DNA of 27,924 nt from Arcobacter sp. (lineage in GTDB: Bacteria; Campylobacterota; Campylobacteria; Campylobacterales; Arcobacteraceae), in assembly GCA_965662175.1 (NCBI GenBank), contig CBFIGT010000007.1:1-27924 (forward strand), read 5' to 3'. Both the position numbers and the translations under genes were made by a program. Shown piece by piece: positions 17,961 through 27,451 of the stretch (position 1 is its first letter; each line of letters begins with the position of its first letter). Below the pieces are notes generated by a model. That model worked only from the letters and a program-made list of their open reading frames with translations. It did no database searches and was not told the origin of the DNA.

Positions 17961-19595
17961 ATGATAAATAAAGATTCAATAGAAAACCTAAAAAACCATT
18001 TAGATATAGTAGATACAATCTCCCAATTTTTAGAGCTTAAAAAATCAGGTGCAAACTTTAAGGCTTGTTGCCCTTTTCATGGAGAGAGTACACCCTCATT
18101 TGTAGTAAGTCCAGCAAAGCAAATATATCACTGTTTTGGATGTGGAGTTGGTGGTGATGCAATTAAGTTTGTAATGGAGTATGAAAAACTCTCTTATCCT
18201 GAGGCCATAGAAAAACTAGCTTCCATGAATAACTTTTCACTTAGTTATGATGATACAAAAGAGAAAAAACAAGATACTAAGGTTTTAGAAGAGATAAATA
18301 AGTATTATCAAAAAAGATTAGTTGAAAATAGTGTTGCAAAAGAGTACTTAAAAAGTAGAGGAATATATGAGTCTTCAGTTGAAAAGTTTGAAATAGGTTA
18401 TGCACCTAGTTCTAATGAAACAATTAATTTTTTAAAAGGAAATTTTTTAAATCTTTCAGATGCAAAAGAGTTAGGAATTATTGATTCAGGTACAAATGGA
18501 TTATATGCTAGATTAATAGAAAGAGTTACATTTCCAATTTATTCACTAAATGGAGGAATTGTTGGTTTTGGTGGTAGAACTATCTCAGGACATAGCGCAA
18601 AATATATAAACTCTCCCCAAACAAAACTATTTAATAAATCAAGACTTTTATATGGATATAATTTAGCAAAAGAGAAGATTTACAAGAAAAAAGAGCTAAT
18701 TATTACAGAGGGTTATTTAGATGTAATTATGCTTCATCAAGCAGGTTTTAATAATGCAGTTGCAACTCTTGGAACAGCTTTAACAAAAGAGCATTTACCT
18801 ATATTAAAAAGAGGAGAACCAAAAGTAATTGTTGCTTATGATGGTGATAATGCGGGATTAAATGCTGCATACAAAGCTTCACTTCTTATGGCTTATAGTG
18901 ATTTTGAGGGTGGTGTTATAATTTTTGGAAAGGGTTTAGACCCAGCTGACATGGTAAAAGATGGAAAAGTTGAAGAGTTAAATAAGATTTTCTCTAAACC
19001 TAAACCTTTTGTTCCTTTTGTAATAGATTATATTGTTTCCCAACATGATATAAGTGACCCACAACATAAGCAAAAAGCACTACAAGAGGTAAATGAATTT
19101 TTAAATAGTTTAAATCCAATTTATCATGATGAATATAAAAGATATATTGCTCAAAAATTAGGAATTAGAGAGAATTTAATTAAAGTAAAAAGCGATAATA
19201 GAAGAGCTTCAAATCTTGAATTATCAAAAATAGATATTGGAGAGCTTTGTATTATAAAAGCAATATTATCTGATAAAAAAAGATTAGAGAGAGTTTTGGA
19301 TATTATTGATTTATCAATGTTTGAATACCATAAAAATGAGTTTGAACTAATGTTAAATGATATAAATGATATGAGATTAAACGCTGTTTTACTAAATGAT
19401 AGATTAGAAGATTATGATGATGAAAGGTTAAATGCTGAACTTTTGGTTTTATTAGGTAAGTTTTATAACAATAAATTAAATGAAATACTTTACAACAAAA
19501 ACTATAGTTTTAATGAAAAAACATCTTTAATTAGAAAAATAAGAGATAATATTGCTCAATTAAGAAGTGGTAAATTAATAAGTTATAATTTATAA
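17961..19595 (+). CDS. dnaG: DNA primase
   Basis: CPFH...CFGC zinc finger, FGGR, KYINSP, EGYLD, YDGD Toprim motifs. Start placed at ATG 17961 (MINKDSIE) rather than TTG 17922, based on the typical DnaG N-terminus and a -10 at 17948-17953. Confidence 0.97.
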   Translation: MINKDSIENLKNHLDIVDTISQFLELKKSGANFKACCPFHGESTPSFVVSPAKQIYHCFGCGVGGDAIKFVMEYEKLSYPEAIEKLASMNNFSLSYDDTKEKKQDTKVLEEINKYYQKRLVENSVAKEYLKSRGIYESSVEKFEIGYAPSSNETINFLKGNFLNLSDAKELGIIDSGTNGLYARLIERVTFPIYSLNGGIVGFGGRTISGHSAKYINSPQTKLFNKSRLLYGYNLAKEKIYKKKELIITEGYLDVIMLHQAGFNNAVATLGTALTKEHLPILKRGEPKVIVAYDGDNAGLNAAYKASLLMAYSDFEGGVIIFGKGLDPADMVKDGKVEELNKIFSKPKPFVPFVIDYIVSQHDISDPQHKQKALQEVNEFLNSLNPIYHDEYKRYIAQKLGIRENLIKVKSDNRRASNLELSKIDIGELCIIKAILSDKKRLERVLDIIDLSMFEYHKNEFELMLNDINDMRLNAVLLNDRLEDYDDERLNAELLVLLGKFYNNKLNEILYNKNYSFNEKTSLIRKIRDNIAQLRSGKLISYNL

Positions 19596-19652
19596 ATTAA
19601 TAAATAAAAAATAAAACTTAATGTAAAATTATCAAAAAATTAGGAAAATACT

Positions 19653-20042
19653 ATGACGATTGTACAAACAGAAAATGCACCAGCTGCTATTGGACCTTAT
19701 TCTCAAGCTATAAAAGTAAACGGTATGGTTTATACATCAGGACAAATTGCAATTACACCTGATGGAAAATTAGTTGAAAGAGATATAAAAAAACAGACAC
19801 ATCAAGTTTTAACAAACTTAACAAATGTTCTTGAAGAGGCTAGTTCAGGTCTTGATAAAGTTGTAAAAGCGACAATTTATTTAGAAAATATGGATGATTT
19901 TGGTGTTGTAAATGTAATTTATGCTGAATATTTTGGTGAGCACAAACCAGCTAGAAGTACTGTTGCTGTAAAAACATTACCAAAAAATGTTTTAGTGGAG
20001 ATTGATGTAATCGCAACTTGTGAAGATTTAATAAATCTTTAA
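19653..20042 (+). CDS. ridA: RidA/YjgF/UK114 family reactive intermediate deaminase
   Basis: APAAIGPYSQA, YTSGQI, KPARSTV, LVEIDVIA motifs. Confidence 0.95.
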   Translation: MTIVQTENAPAAIGPYSQAIKVNGMVYTSGQIAITPDGKLVERDIKKQTHQVLTNLTNVLEEASSGLDKVVKATIYLENMDDFGVVNVIYAEYFGEHKPARSTVAVKTLPKNVLVEIDVIATCEDLINL

Positions 20043-20080
20043 TATTTAGTTTTCGCTTAAAGTTAATTTAAACTAAAGTT

Positions 20081-20098
20081 TGGTAACATTCCGTCCCG
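20081..20098 (+). promoter_or_regulatory. rplU-rpmA promoter: extended -10 TGgTAACAT with GC-rich discriminator
   Basis: TGGTAACAT at 20081-20089 followed by TCCGTCCCG in AT-rich intergenic DNA. Confidence 0.6.
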
Positions 20099-20144
20099 TT
20101 AAATGAAAAAGTTATAAAAGAATTGATAAGTTAGAGGAAAAAAT

Positions 20145-20462
20145 ATGTATGCAATTATTAAGTGTGGTGGTAAACAGTATAAAGTAGCTGAGGGTGATAT
20201 CTTAGATATTGATTATACTGGTAAAGCTGCAAAAGAAACTCTTGAAATTACTGATGTATTAGCAGTAAATGATGGTGAATTAAAATGTGGTGCTGATGTA
20301 TCAACTGCTAAAGTAGAAGCTGTAGTAGTATTAGATGGAACTGGTGTAAATAGAGATAAAAAAGTTATCATTTACAAAAAAAGAAGAAGAAAAGATTCTA
20401 AATTAAAAAAAGGTTTCAGAAGAAGCTTTACAAAAATTAGAATTACTAAAATCGCTGCGTAA
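20145..20462 (+). CDS. rplU: 50S ribosomal protein L21
   Basis: [14 protein letters not shown]...YKKRRRK...[12 protein letters not shown]. Confidence 0.99.
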   Translation: MYAIIKCGGKQYKVAEGDILDIDYTGKAAKETLEITDVLAVNDGELKCGADVSTAKVEAVVVLDGTGVNRDKKVIIYKKRRRKDSKLKKGFRRSFTKIRITKIAA

Positions 20463-20473
20463 GGAGATAGAAG

Positions 20474-20728
20474 ATGGCTCACAAAAAAGGTCAGGGTAGT
20501 ACACAGAATAATAGAGATTCAGCTGGTAGAAGACTTGGTGTTAAGAAATATGGTGGTGAAGTAGTTAGAGCTGGTAACATCATTATTAGACAAAGAGGAA
20601 CTAAAGTACACGTTGGAAACAACGTTGGTATTGGTAAAGACCACACAATTTATGCTTTAATTGACGGAGTTGTAAAATTCGAAATTAAAGATAAAAATAG
20701 AAAAAAAGTTTCAGTTTACGCTTCGTAA
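20474..20728 (+). CDS. rpmA: 50S ribosomal protein L27
   Basis: [24 protein letters not shown]; no N-terminal extension and no prp gene between rplU and rpmA. Confidence 0.99.
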   Translation: MAHKKGQGSTQNNRDSAGRRLGVKKYGGEVVRAGNIIIRQRGTKVHVGNNVGIGKDHTIYALIDGVVKFEIKDKNRKKVSVYAS

Positions 20729-20752
20729 TCACGAAATTTTTTCTAGTTTATT

Positions 20753-20786
20753 AAGGGTGTATGGCGAATTGCCTACACCCTTTTTT
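20753..20786 (+). terminator. Intrinsic terminator after rpmA
   Basis: AAGGGTGTA-t-GGC-GAATT-GCC-TACACCCTT hairpin followed by a T run. Confidence 0.85.
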
Positions 20787-20863
20787 AGTTTATAACTATT
20801 ATTAAGTGTATTAAATATTTTTAATAATGGTTATAATAAAATCTGTATATAAAAAGGTTTATA

Positions 20864-21955
20864 ATGTTTATAGATAGCGTAAAGTTCACTGTAATATCAG
20901 GGAAAGGTGGACAGGGTTGTTCATCATTTAGAAGAGAAAAGTTTGTTGTTAAAGGTGGTCCTGACGGCGGAGATGGTGGAAAAGGTGGAGATGTATATTT
21001 CTTAGTTGATAATAATACAGACACTTTATCATGGTACAAAGGAAGAGCTGTACTAAAAGCTGAAAAAGGAAGACCTGGTGAGGGAAGACGAAGAACTGGA
21101 AAATCAGCTGATGCTTTAGTTTTAGTTGTTCCTCCAGGAACTCAAGTAATTGATGATGAAACAGGAGAGGTTCTTCTTGATTTATTGGTTGAGGGACAAA
21201 AAGAGTTATTTATGGAGGGTGGAAAAGGTGGACTTGGAAACTATCACTTTAAAAACTCTAGAAACCAAAGACCAACTTATTTTCAACCAGGACTTCCAGG
21301 GGCTAGCAGAACTATTAGATTAGAGTTAAAATTAATTGCTGATGTTGGATTAGTTGGATATCCAAATGTTGGTAAATCAACACTTATTTCAACTTCATCA
21401 AATGCTGAACCTGAAATTGCAAATTATGAGTTTACAACTTTAACACCAAAACTAGGTGTTGTTGAAGTTGGTGAGTATAACTCTTTTGTAATGGCTGATA
21501 TTCCAGGAATAATTGATGGTGCAAGTGATGGAAAAGGTTTAGGTTTAGAGTTCTTAAGGCATATTGAAAGAACAAAAACTCTATTATTTATGATTGATAT
21601 TGCAAATTATAGAAAAACAATTGATCAATTTAATGTTTTAAAAGAGGAGTTGAAAAAATTCTCTGAAGAGTTAAGTGGTAGAAATTATGCTATTGCATTA
21701 ACAAAAATTGATGCATATTATGGTGAAGATTTAAATGGTGATATTAAACAATTTATCGAAGATTTAGGTTTAAATGTTACTAGTTCAAATGAGTTTGGTT
21801 TTGATAAAGAGTTACCATACTATATGCAAGATACAACTTTTGAAAGATTTGATAGTAGTAAACCATTTTTTGTTTTACCAATTTCATCAGTTACACATTT
21901 AAATACAAATCCGATAAAATACGCTTTATATAATTTAATAGGACAAGGCAAATAA
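20864..21955 (+). CDS. obgE: GTPase ObgE/CgtA
   Basis: Gly-rich Obg domain ([12 protein letters not shown]), [23 protein letters not shown]; own -10 (TATAAT 20832-20837) and AAGG SD. Confidence 0.99.
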   Translation: MFIDSVKFTVISGKGGQGCSSFRREKFVVKGGPDGGDGGKGGDVYFLVDNNTDTLSWYKGRAVLKAEKGRPGEGRRRTGKSADALVLVVPPGTQVIDDETGEVLLDLLVEGQKELFMEGGKGGLGNYHFKNSRNQRPTYFQPGLPGASRTIRLELKLIADVGLVGYPNVGKSTLISTSSNAEPEIANYEFTTLTPKLGVVEVGEYNSFVMADIPGIIDGASDGKGLGLEFLRHIERTKTLLFMIDIANYRKTIDQFNVLKEELKKFSEELSGRNYAIALTKIDAYYGEDLNGDIKQFIEDLGLNVTSSNEFGFDKELPYYMQDTTFERFDSSKPFFVLPISSVTHLNTNPIKYALYNLIGQGK

Positions 21956-22720
21956 GTGAAAAGATTAGTTATCAAAGTTGGAAGTGCTGTTTTAACACAA
22001 GATGGAAAACTAGCTCTTGATAGATTAAATAATTTAGTTCAATTAATTTCTAAATTAAAAAACGAAAAAAAGCTAGAGGTAATTTTAGTATCATCAGGTG
22101 CTGTTGCAGCTGGTTATACTTCAATTCAATTGGATAAAAAATTAGTTGCAAATAGACAAGCTTTAGCTTCTATTGGTCAACCATTATTAATGAAGCATTA
22201 TAAAACAGCATTTAGAGAAAATGATATAATTTGTGCTCAAATGCTTTTGATTGCCGATGATTTTGACTCTAGAAAAAGAACAGCTTTTGCAAAAGGTGCT
22301 ATTGAGATTTTATTAGCAAATAATGTATTACCAATTATAAATGAAAATGATGTAACAGCTACAGATGAACTTTTATTTGGTGATAATGATCAACTAGCAG
22401 CTCATGTTACTTACCATTTTGATGCTGATATGCTAGCAATATTGACTGATATTGATGGATATTATGATAAAAATCCACATCAATTTGATGATGCAGTTAT
22501 TCAAAAAGAGGTAAATGAAGTATTACCTGAAATGTTAGATATGAAGCACACTCCAAATACTGAGTTTGCTACAGGTGGAATTGCTACTAAATTAAAAGCT
22601 GCAGATTTTTTAATTAAAAATAGTAAGCCAATGTTTTTAACAAGTGGATTTGATTTGGAAAATGCTTATGAATTTTTATTAAATGGAAACCACAAAAGTG
22701 GAACACTTTTTAAGGCTTAA
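21956..22720 (+). CDS. proB: Glutamate 5-kinase (no PUA domain)
   Basis: VIKVGS, VSSGAV, IINEND, FGDNDQL, TGGIATKL; 254 aa; GTG start. Confidence 0.98.
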   Translation: MKRLVIKVGSAVLTQDGKLALDRLNNLVQLISKLKNEKKLEVILVSSGAVAAGYTSIQLDKKLVANRQALASIGQPLLMKHYKTAFRENDIICAQMLLIADDFDSRKRTAFAKGAIEILLANNVLPIINENDVTATDELLFGDNDQLAAHVTYHFDADMLAILTDIDGYYDKNPHQFDDAVIQKEVNEVLPEMLDMKHTPNTEFATGGIATKLKAADFLIKNSKPMFLTSGFDLENAYEFLLNGNHKSGTLFKA

Positions 22721-22722
22721 TA

Positions 22723-23643
22723 TTGAATAAAAAAATAGTTTTTATGGGAACACCTGATTATGCAACAATAATCTTTGATGAGATTTTAAAGCATAATTAT
22801 GATGTTCAAGCACTTTTTACACAACCTGATAAAAAAGTTGGTAGAAAACAGATTTTAACTCCACCTCATATAAAACAGTATTGTATTGATAATAGCTTAG
22901 AAATCCCTATTTTTCAACCTGAAAAATTAAGGGGAAATAGTGAAGTTTTAAATGAGTTAAAATCTCTAAGTCCTGATTATATTATAGTTGCAGCTTATGG
23001 TCAAATTTTGCCAAAAGAGATTTTAGATATAGCTCCTTGTATAAATTTACACGCTTCATTATTACCAAAATATAGAGGTGCTAGTCCAATACAAGAGTCT
23101 ATTTTAAATGATGATACCTTTACAGGTGTAAGTTCAATGTTAATGGAAGAGGGCTTGGATAGTGGAGATATTTTAGGATTAAAATATTTTAAAATTCCAC
23201 AAAACATGGAAGTTGCTGAACTATTCTCTGAACTCTCTAAAATAGCTGCTAAATTAACTATTGAAACCTTAGAAAATTTTGAAAATATAAATCCTAAAAA
23301 ACAAAATGAAAGCGAAGTATCATTTTGTAAAAAAATTAAAAAAGAGTATGGTGAAGTAAAATTTGATAATGCAAAAAAACTATATCAAATATATAAAGCA
23401 TACTCATATTGGCCTGGTGTTTATTTAGAATCAGGTTTAAAACTAAAAGATATTACATTAGTGGATAAAGACTCTTTAAATAAAAAGGGAGAAATCATTT
23501 CAATAGAAAAAGATGGAATTATTATTGCTTGTAAAAAAGGAAGCTTAAAACTCTCTACACTTCAAGCCCCATCTAAAAAGGCTGTAAGTGCAGTTGATTA
23601 TATAAGAGGTCAAAGAATCAAAGAGGGTGATATTTTAATTTAG
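22723..23643 (+). CDS. fmt: Methionyl-tRNA formyltransferase
   Basis: FMGTP, TQPD, AAYGQIL, NLHASLLPKYRGASPI; TTG start. Confidence 0.99.
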   Translation: MNKKIVFMGTPDYATIIFDEILKHNYDVQALFTQPDKKVGRKQILTPPHIKQYCIDNSLEIPIFQPEKLRGNSEVLNELKSLSPDYIIVAAYGQILPKEILDIAPCINLHASLLPKYRGASPIQESILNDDTFTGVSSMLMEEGLDSGDILGLKYFKIPQNMEVAELFSELSKIAAKLTIETLENFENINPKKQNESEVSFCKKIKKEYGEVKFDNAKKLYQIYKAYSYWPGVYLESGLKLKDITLVDKDSLNKKGEIISIEKDGIIIACKKGSLKLSTLQAPSKKAVSAVDYIRGQRIKEGDILI

Positions 23644-23644
23644 T

Positions 23645-24538
23645 TTAGGCTAAGTAGTAATAAAACCCTGTTACACTTAATAATGAAATTAAAACACCTA
23701 ATACTAGTGAATTAATTGCTAATCTTTCATCTAATCCACCCTGAATAGCTAAAATAACAGCTGTTGTCATAGGTGGCATTGCAACCTCTAAAATAGTAAC
23801 CTTACTCCATGTATCATCTAAATTATAAAAAATAGAAAAACCAATCATAACCAATATTGGCATTACAAACATTTTTACACTTAAAAGTAAAGTTGTAGTT
23901 TTAAATTTATAAAAGATATTTTTTAGTTCTAATTTCATACCAATTGCAATCATTGCAAGGGGAACTAAAGTAGCACCAATAGTCTCAGCTGTATTTGTAA
24001 TAAACACAGGTACAGTAAAAAACTTTAGAAATAGGGTAATAAAAAACATAATTATTGGTGGAAAAAATATCACTTTTTTTGTCATAGCTTTAAACTTAAC
24101 AGTTTGCCCGCTACCCCAATTTATTATAATAGTCCCAATTGATACAACCAATAAAAATGAACCAAAGAGATCATATATAAGGGCATATACAACATAATCT
24201 TGCCCATAAAAAGCATCAATATAAGAAAAACCTATAAATGAAGTATTTCCAAATGTACCAACAACAACAAAGGTAGCTAAAGTCTTTTTATCAAATTTAA
24301 AAAACTTTCCAATATAGTATGTCAATATTAAATTTACTATGATTATAGTGTTGAACATAAAAATTAGATTTAATATTTTTAAATCTAAAGTAAGAGGATA
24401 AATTTTAACAAATACCATAGCAGGTAATGAAAAATAGATAACAAAATCCACAAGAGCTTGTGAATTATCTTTAATAAAAACTTTGAAAAAATATCCAAAA
24501 ACTAAATAAAAAGCTATTGGTAAAACAGGGTCTAACAT
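23645..24538 (-). CDS. AEC (auxin efflux carrier) family transporter
   Basis: About 10 TM; FSLPA, GNTSFIG, PLAMIAIG, AMPP motifs; GGAG SD. Confidence 0.9.
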   Translation of the reverse strand: MLDPVLPIAFYLVFGYFFKVFIKDNSQALVDFVIYFSLPAMVFVKIYPLTLDLKILNLIFMFNTIIIVNLILTYYIGKFFKFDKKTLATFVVVGTFGNTSFIGFSYIDAFYGQDYVVYALIYDLFGSFLLVVSIGTIIINWGSGQTVKFKAMTKKVIFFPPIIMFFITLFLKFFTVPVFITNTAETIGATLVPLAMIAIGMKLELKNIFYKFKTTTLLLSVKMFVMPILVMIGFSIFYNLDDTWSKVTILEVAMPPMTTAVILAIQGGLDERLAINSLVLGVLISLLSVTGFYYYLA

Positions 24539-24619
24539 TTTATCTCCATATAAAAAGTATATATTATATATTTAAGATTATTAATATGAACTTGTATTTT
24601 AATTAAGTATAATCAAATT

Positions 24620-25255
24620 ATGGAAATTAGATATTTAAAAAGTGTTGACTCAACACATACTTACCTTAAAAATTATATTAAAAATAATGGATATATCAAT
24701 CCCCTTTGTATAGTAACAAACAATCAAACTTCTGGCATTGGAAGTAGGGGAAACTCTTGGATTGGAGTTGAGGGTAATCTTTTTTTCTCTTTTGTAATAG
24801 AAAAAAATAGTTTACCTAATGATTTACAAATACAAAGTGCATCAATTTATTTTTCTTATATTTTAAAAAAAATATTAAAATCACTAGGTTCTAAACTTTG
24901 GTTAAAATGGCCAAATGATTTTTATATAGAAAATTCAAAAATAGGTGGAACAATTACTACTTTATCAGGCAATTTATTATTCTGTGGCATAGGCTTAAAT
25001 TTAAAAAGTGTTAATGATGATTTTTCAAAATTAGATATTAATATAGATATGGAAAGTTTATTGAATAACTATTTTGCGAAAATTGAAAATAAACTATCAT
25101 GGGAGGATGTTTTAAAAGAATATATGGTAGAATTCGACAGAAGTAAAAGTTTGTACGCAACTATAAATAATGAACGAATACCCTTAATCAACGCACAACT
25201 AAATAGTGATGGTTCGATAAATATAAACAACAAAAAGGTTTTTAGTCTAAGATGA
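24620..25255 (+). CDS. birA: Biotin--[acetyl-CoA carboxylase] ligase (monofunctional, no HTH)
   Basis: VDSTH, QTSGIGSRGNSW, LKWPND, KIGG, GIGLN motifs. Confidence 0.96.
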   Translation: MEIRYLKSVDSTHTYLKNYIKNNGYINPLCIVTNNQTSGIGSRGNSWIGVEGNLFFSFVIEKNSLPNDLQIQSASIYFSYILKKILKSLGSKLWLKWPNDFYIENSKIGGTITTLSGNLLFCGIGLNLKSVNDDFSKLDINIDMESLLNNYFAKIENKLSWEDVLKEYMVEFDRSKSLYATINNERIPLINAQLNSDGSININNKKVFSLR

Positions 25256-26031
25256 TAGCAGAAGTAATAACAATAGCAAATCAAAAAGGTGGAGTTGGTA
25301 AAACAACAACCGCTGTTAATTTAAGTGCGGCTTTAGCCTTGCAAGGTAAGAGGGTATTGTTAATAGATGCAGATCCTCAAGCAAATGCAACTACAAGTTT
25401 AGGATTTCATAGGGATACTTATGAGTATAATATTTATCATGTAATGTTAGGGACTAAAGAGTTAAATGAAATTATTTTAGATTCAGAGATTGACAATTTA
25501 AAAGTAGCTCCATCTAATATTGGTTTAGTAGGAATTGAAAAAGAGTTTTATAAAAACACAAAAGATAGGGAATTAGTATTAAAAAGAAAGATTGATCCTA
25601 TAAGAAAAGATTATGATTATATCATTATAGATTCACCTCCAGCCTTAGGTCCAATTACTATTAATACCCTAAGTGCTTCAAACTCAGTTTTAATACCAAT
25701 TCAATGTGAATTCTTCGCATTAGAGGGTTTAGCACAACTTTTAAATACAATAAAACTTGTAAAACAAACAATTAATAGACAACTACAAATAAGAGGTTTT
25801 TTACCTACAATGTATAGTTCTCAAAATAATCTTGCAAAACAAGTATTTGCAGATTTAGCTCAACATTTTGAAAGTAAATTATTTAAAATTGATGGAAGTT
25901 CTTATGTAGTAATTCCACGAAATATTAAATTAGCAGAGAGTCCAAGTTTCGGTAAGCCTATAATGTTATATGATGCATCAGCAATAGGTACAAAAGCATA
26001 TACAAATTTAGCAAGAGCAATAGCAGGATAA
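25252..26031 (+). CDS. parA: Chromosome partitioning ATPase ParA/Soj
   Basis: NQKGGVGKTTT, DADPQAN, DSPP, PIQCEFFALEG, LAESPSFG. Confidence 0.99.
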   Translation: MIAEVITIANQKGGVGKTTTAVNLSAALALQGKRVLLIDADPQANATTSLGFHRDTYEYNIYHVMLGTKELNEIILDSEIDNLKVAPSNIGLVGIEKEFYKNTKDRELVLKRKIDPIRKDYDYIIIDSPPALGPITINTLSASNSVLIPIQCEFFALEGLAQLLNTIKLVKQTINRQLQIRGFLPTMYSSQNNLAKQVFADLAQHFESKLFKIDGSSYVVIPRNIKLAESPSFGKPIMLYDASAIGTKAYTNLARAIAG

Positions 26032-26034
26032 AAA

Positions 26035-26916
26035 ATGGCAAAATCAGCATTAGGTAGAGGTTTAGGCGAATTATTAGGTGAGGTTGAAACAGCTTATGAA
26101 AACAATAATGCACCCACAAATAAAAAAGGTGGTGAAGTTTATTTAGATGTTAATACAATTGTACCAAATCCTAATCAGCCAAGGAAAATTTTTGATGAAG
26201 AGAGATTAAGAGAGTTAAGTGAATCTATTAAAGAGTATGGCTTAATTCAAGCTATTACTGTAATAGAGTCTAATAATAATGATGATGAATATATATTAAT
26301 TGCAGGGGAGCGAAGATTAAGAGCTCATAAATTAGCAAATATAGATAAAATTAAAGCAAATATTATCACAATAGAAGAGAATAAAATGAGAGAAGTTGCT
26401 TTAATAGAGAATATTCAAAGGGATGATTTAAATATTATTGAATTAGCTTACTCTTATGCACAACTTATAAATGAACACTCTTTAACTCATGAAGAGTTAT
26501 CAGCTAAAGTATTTAAAAGTAGAACCTCAATCACAAATACTTTAAGACTTTTGCAGCTATCTTCTTATGTTCAGCAAATGTTAGCTAATGAAAAAATTAC
26601 AGCAGGTCATGCAAAAGTTATGATTGGACTTGAAGATGAAGTGCAAAGAAAAGTTACAGATAGCATAATAGGGCAAAAACTATCAGTAAGAGAAACAGAA
26701 ACACTAATTAAAGAGCTTAAAAAACCTGAAGTAATTGCTAATAAAATAACTAAATCAAAATCAAAAACTTATAATTTTGAACCTTTAGCTAATATAGTTA
26801 GCAATTTATCAAAAGATAAGCTAAAAGTTAAAGCTGAAAAAAACTATTTTAAAATAGAAATCAGGTCTCAAGAGGATATTGAAAAAATTTCTAATTACTT
26901 TCGTAACACTTTATAA
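26035..26916 (+). CDS. parB: Chromosome partitioning protein ParB/Spo0J
   Basis: LGRGL, PNPNQPRK, IAGERRLRA, LIENIQRDDL, KSRTSITNTLRLL. Confidence 0.99.
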   Translation: MAKSALGRGLGELLGEVETAYENNNAPTNKKGGEVYLDVNTIVPNPNQPRKIFDEERLRELSESIKEYGLIQAITVIESNNNDDEYILIAGERRLRAHKLANIDKIKANIITIEENKMREVALIENIQRDDLNIIELAYSYAQLINEHSLTHEELSAKVFKSRTSITNTLRLLQLSSYVQQMLANEKITAGHAKVMIGLEDEVQRKVTDSIIGQKLSVRETETLIKELKKPEVIANKITKSKSKTYNFEPLANIVSNLSKDKLKVKAEKNYFKIEIRSQEDIEKISNYFRNTL

Positions 26917-27019
26917 AATTTGTTTAACATTTTAACTCATTTAATAAATATTTATATAAATATTCGATAAAATTAATCAGTTTTAGTCAAACTAAACTGT
27001 AAAAAATATGGAGGAATGA

Positions 27020-27442
27020 ATGTTAGACATAAGTCCTGTATTGTTGCTTAGCTCTGGAATTATTTTCTTATTAGTACTTGCCAGACTAAACAGTTGTCTA
27101 TTTAAACCTCTACTTAAGCATATGGATGATAGAACTGAGTCAATTAAAAATGATTTAGTTAATGCAAAATCAAACGCTGCTGATGTAGATGGAATGCTGG
27201 CTGAAGCAAATGATGTTATTGCAAAGGCGAAAAAAGAAGCTGCTGCAATTAGAGAAGAAGCTTTCAATGAAGCAAAAAAAGTTGCTGATTCAAAATTAGA
27301 GACTGCAAAATCAGATTTAGAAGAGAGATATGCTGATTTTAAAGTTACTTTAGAGAATGATTCAAAAACTTTAAGAGATTCGTTAATTGCTTCAATGCCT
27401 CAATTTAATGAGAGCTTAAAAGCTAAATTAAGCTCGATATAA
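27020..27442 (+). CDS. atpF': F0F1 ATP synthase subunit b'
   Basis: N-terminal TM (LFKPLLKHMDDR) plus Ala-rich coiled coil; GGAGG SD; follows parB as in other Campylobacterota. Confidence 0.95.
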   Translation: MLDISPVLLLSSGIIFLLVLARLNSCLFKPLLKHMDDRTESIKNDLVNAKSNAADVDGMLAEANDVIAKAKKEAAAIREEAFNEAKKVADSKLETAKSDLEERYADFKVTLENDSKTLRDSLIASMPQFNESLKAKLSSI

Positions 27443-27451
27443 GGAGAAGAA

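Noticed and set aside
25252..27019. parS site near parAB
   Set aside because: No match to the TGTTTCACGTGAAACA-type palindrome was found by eye.
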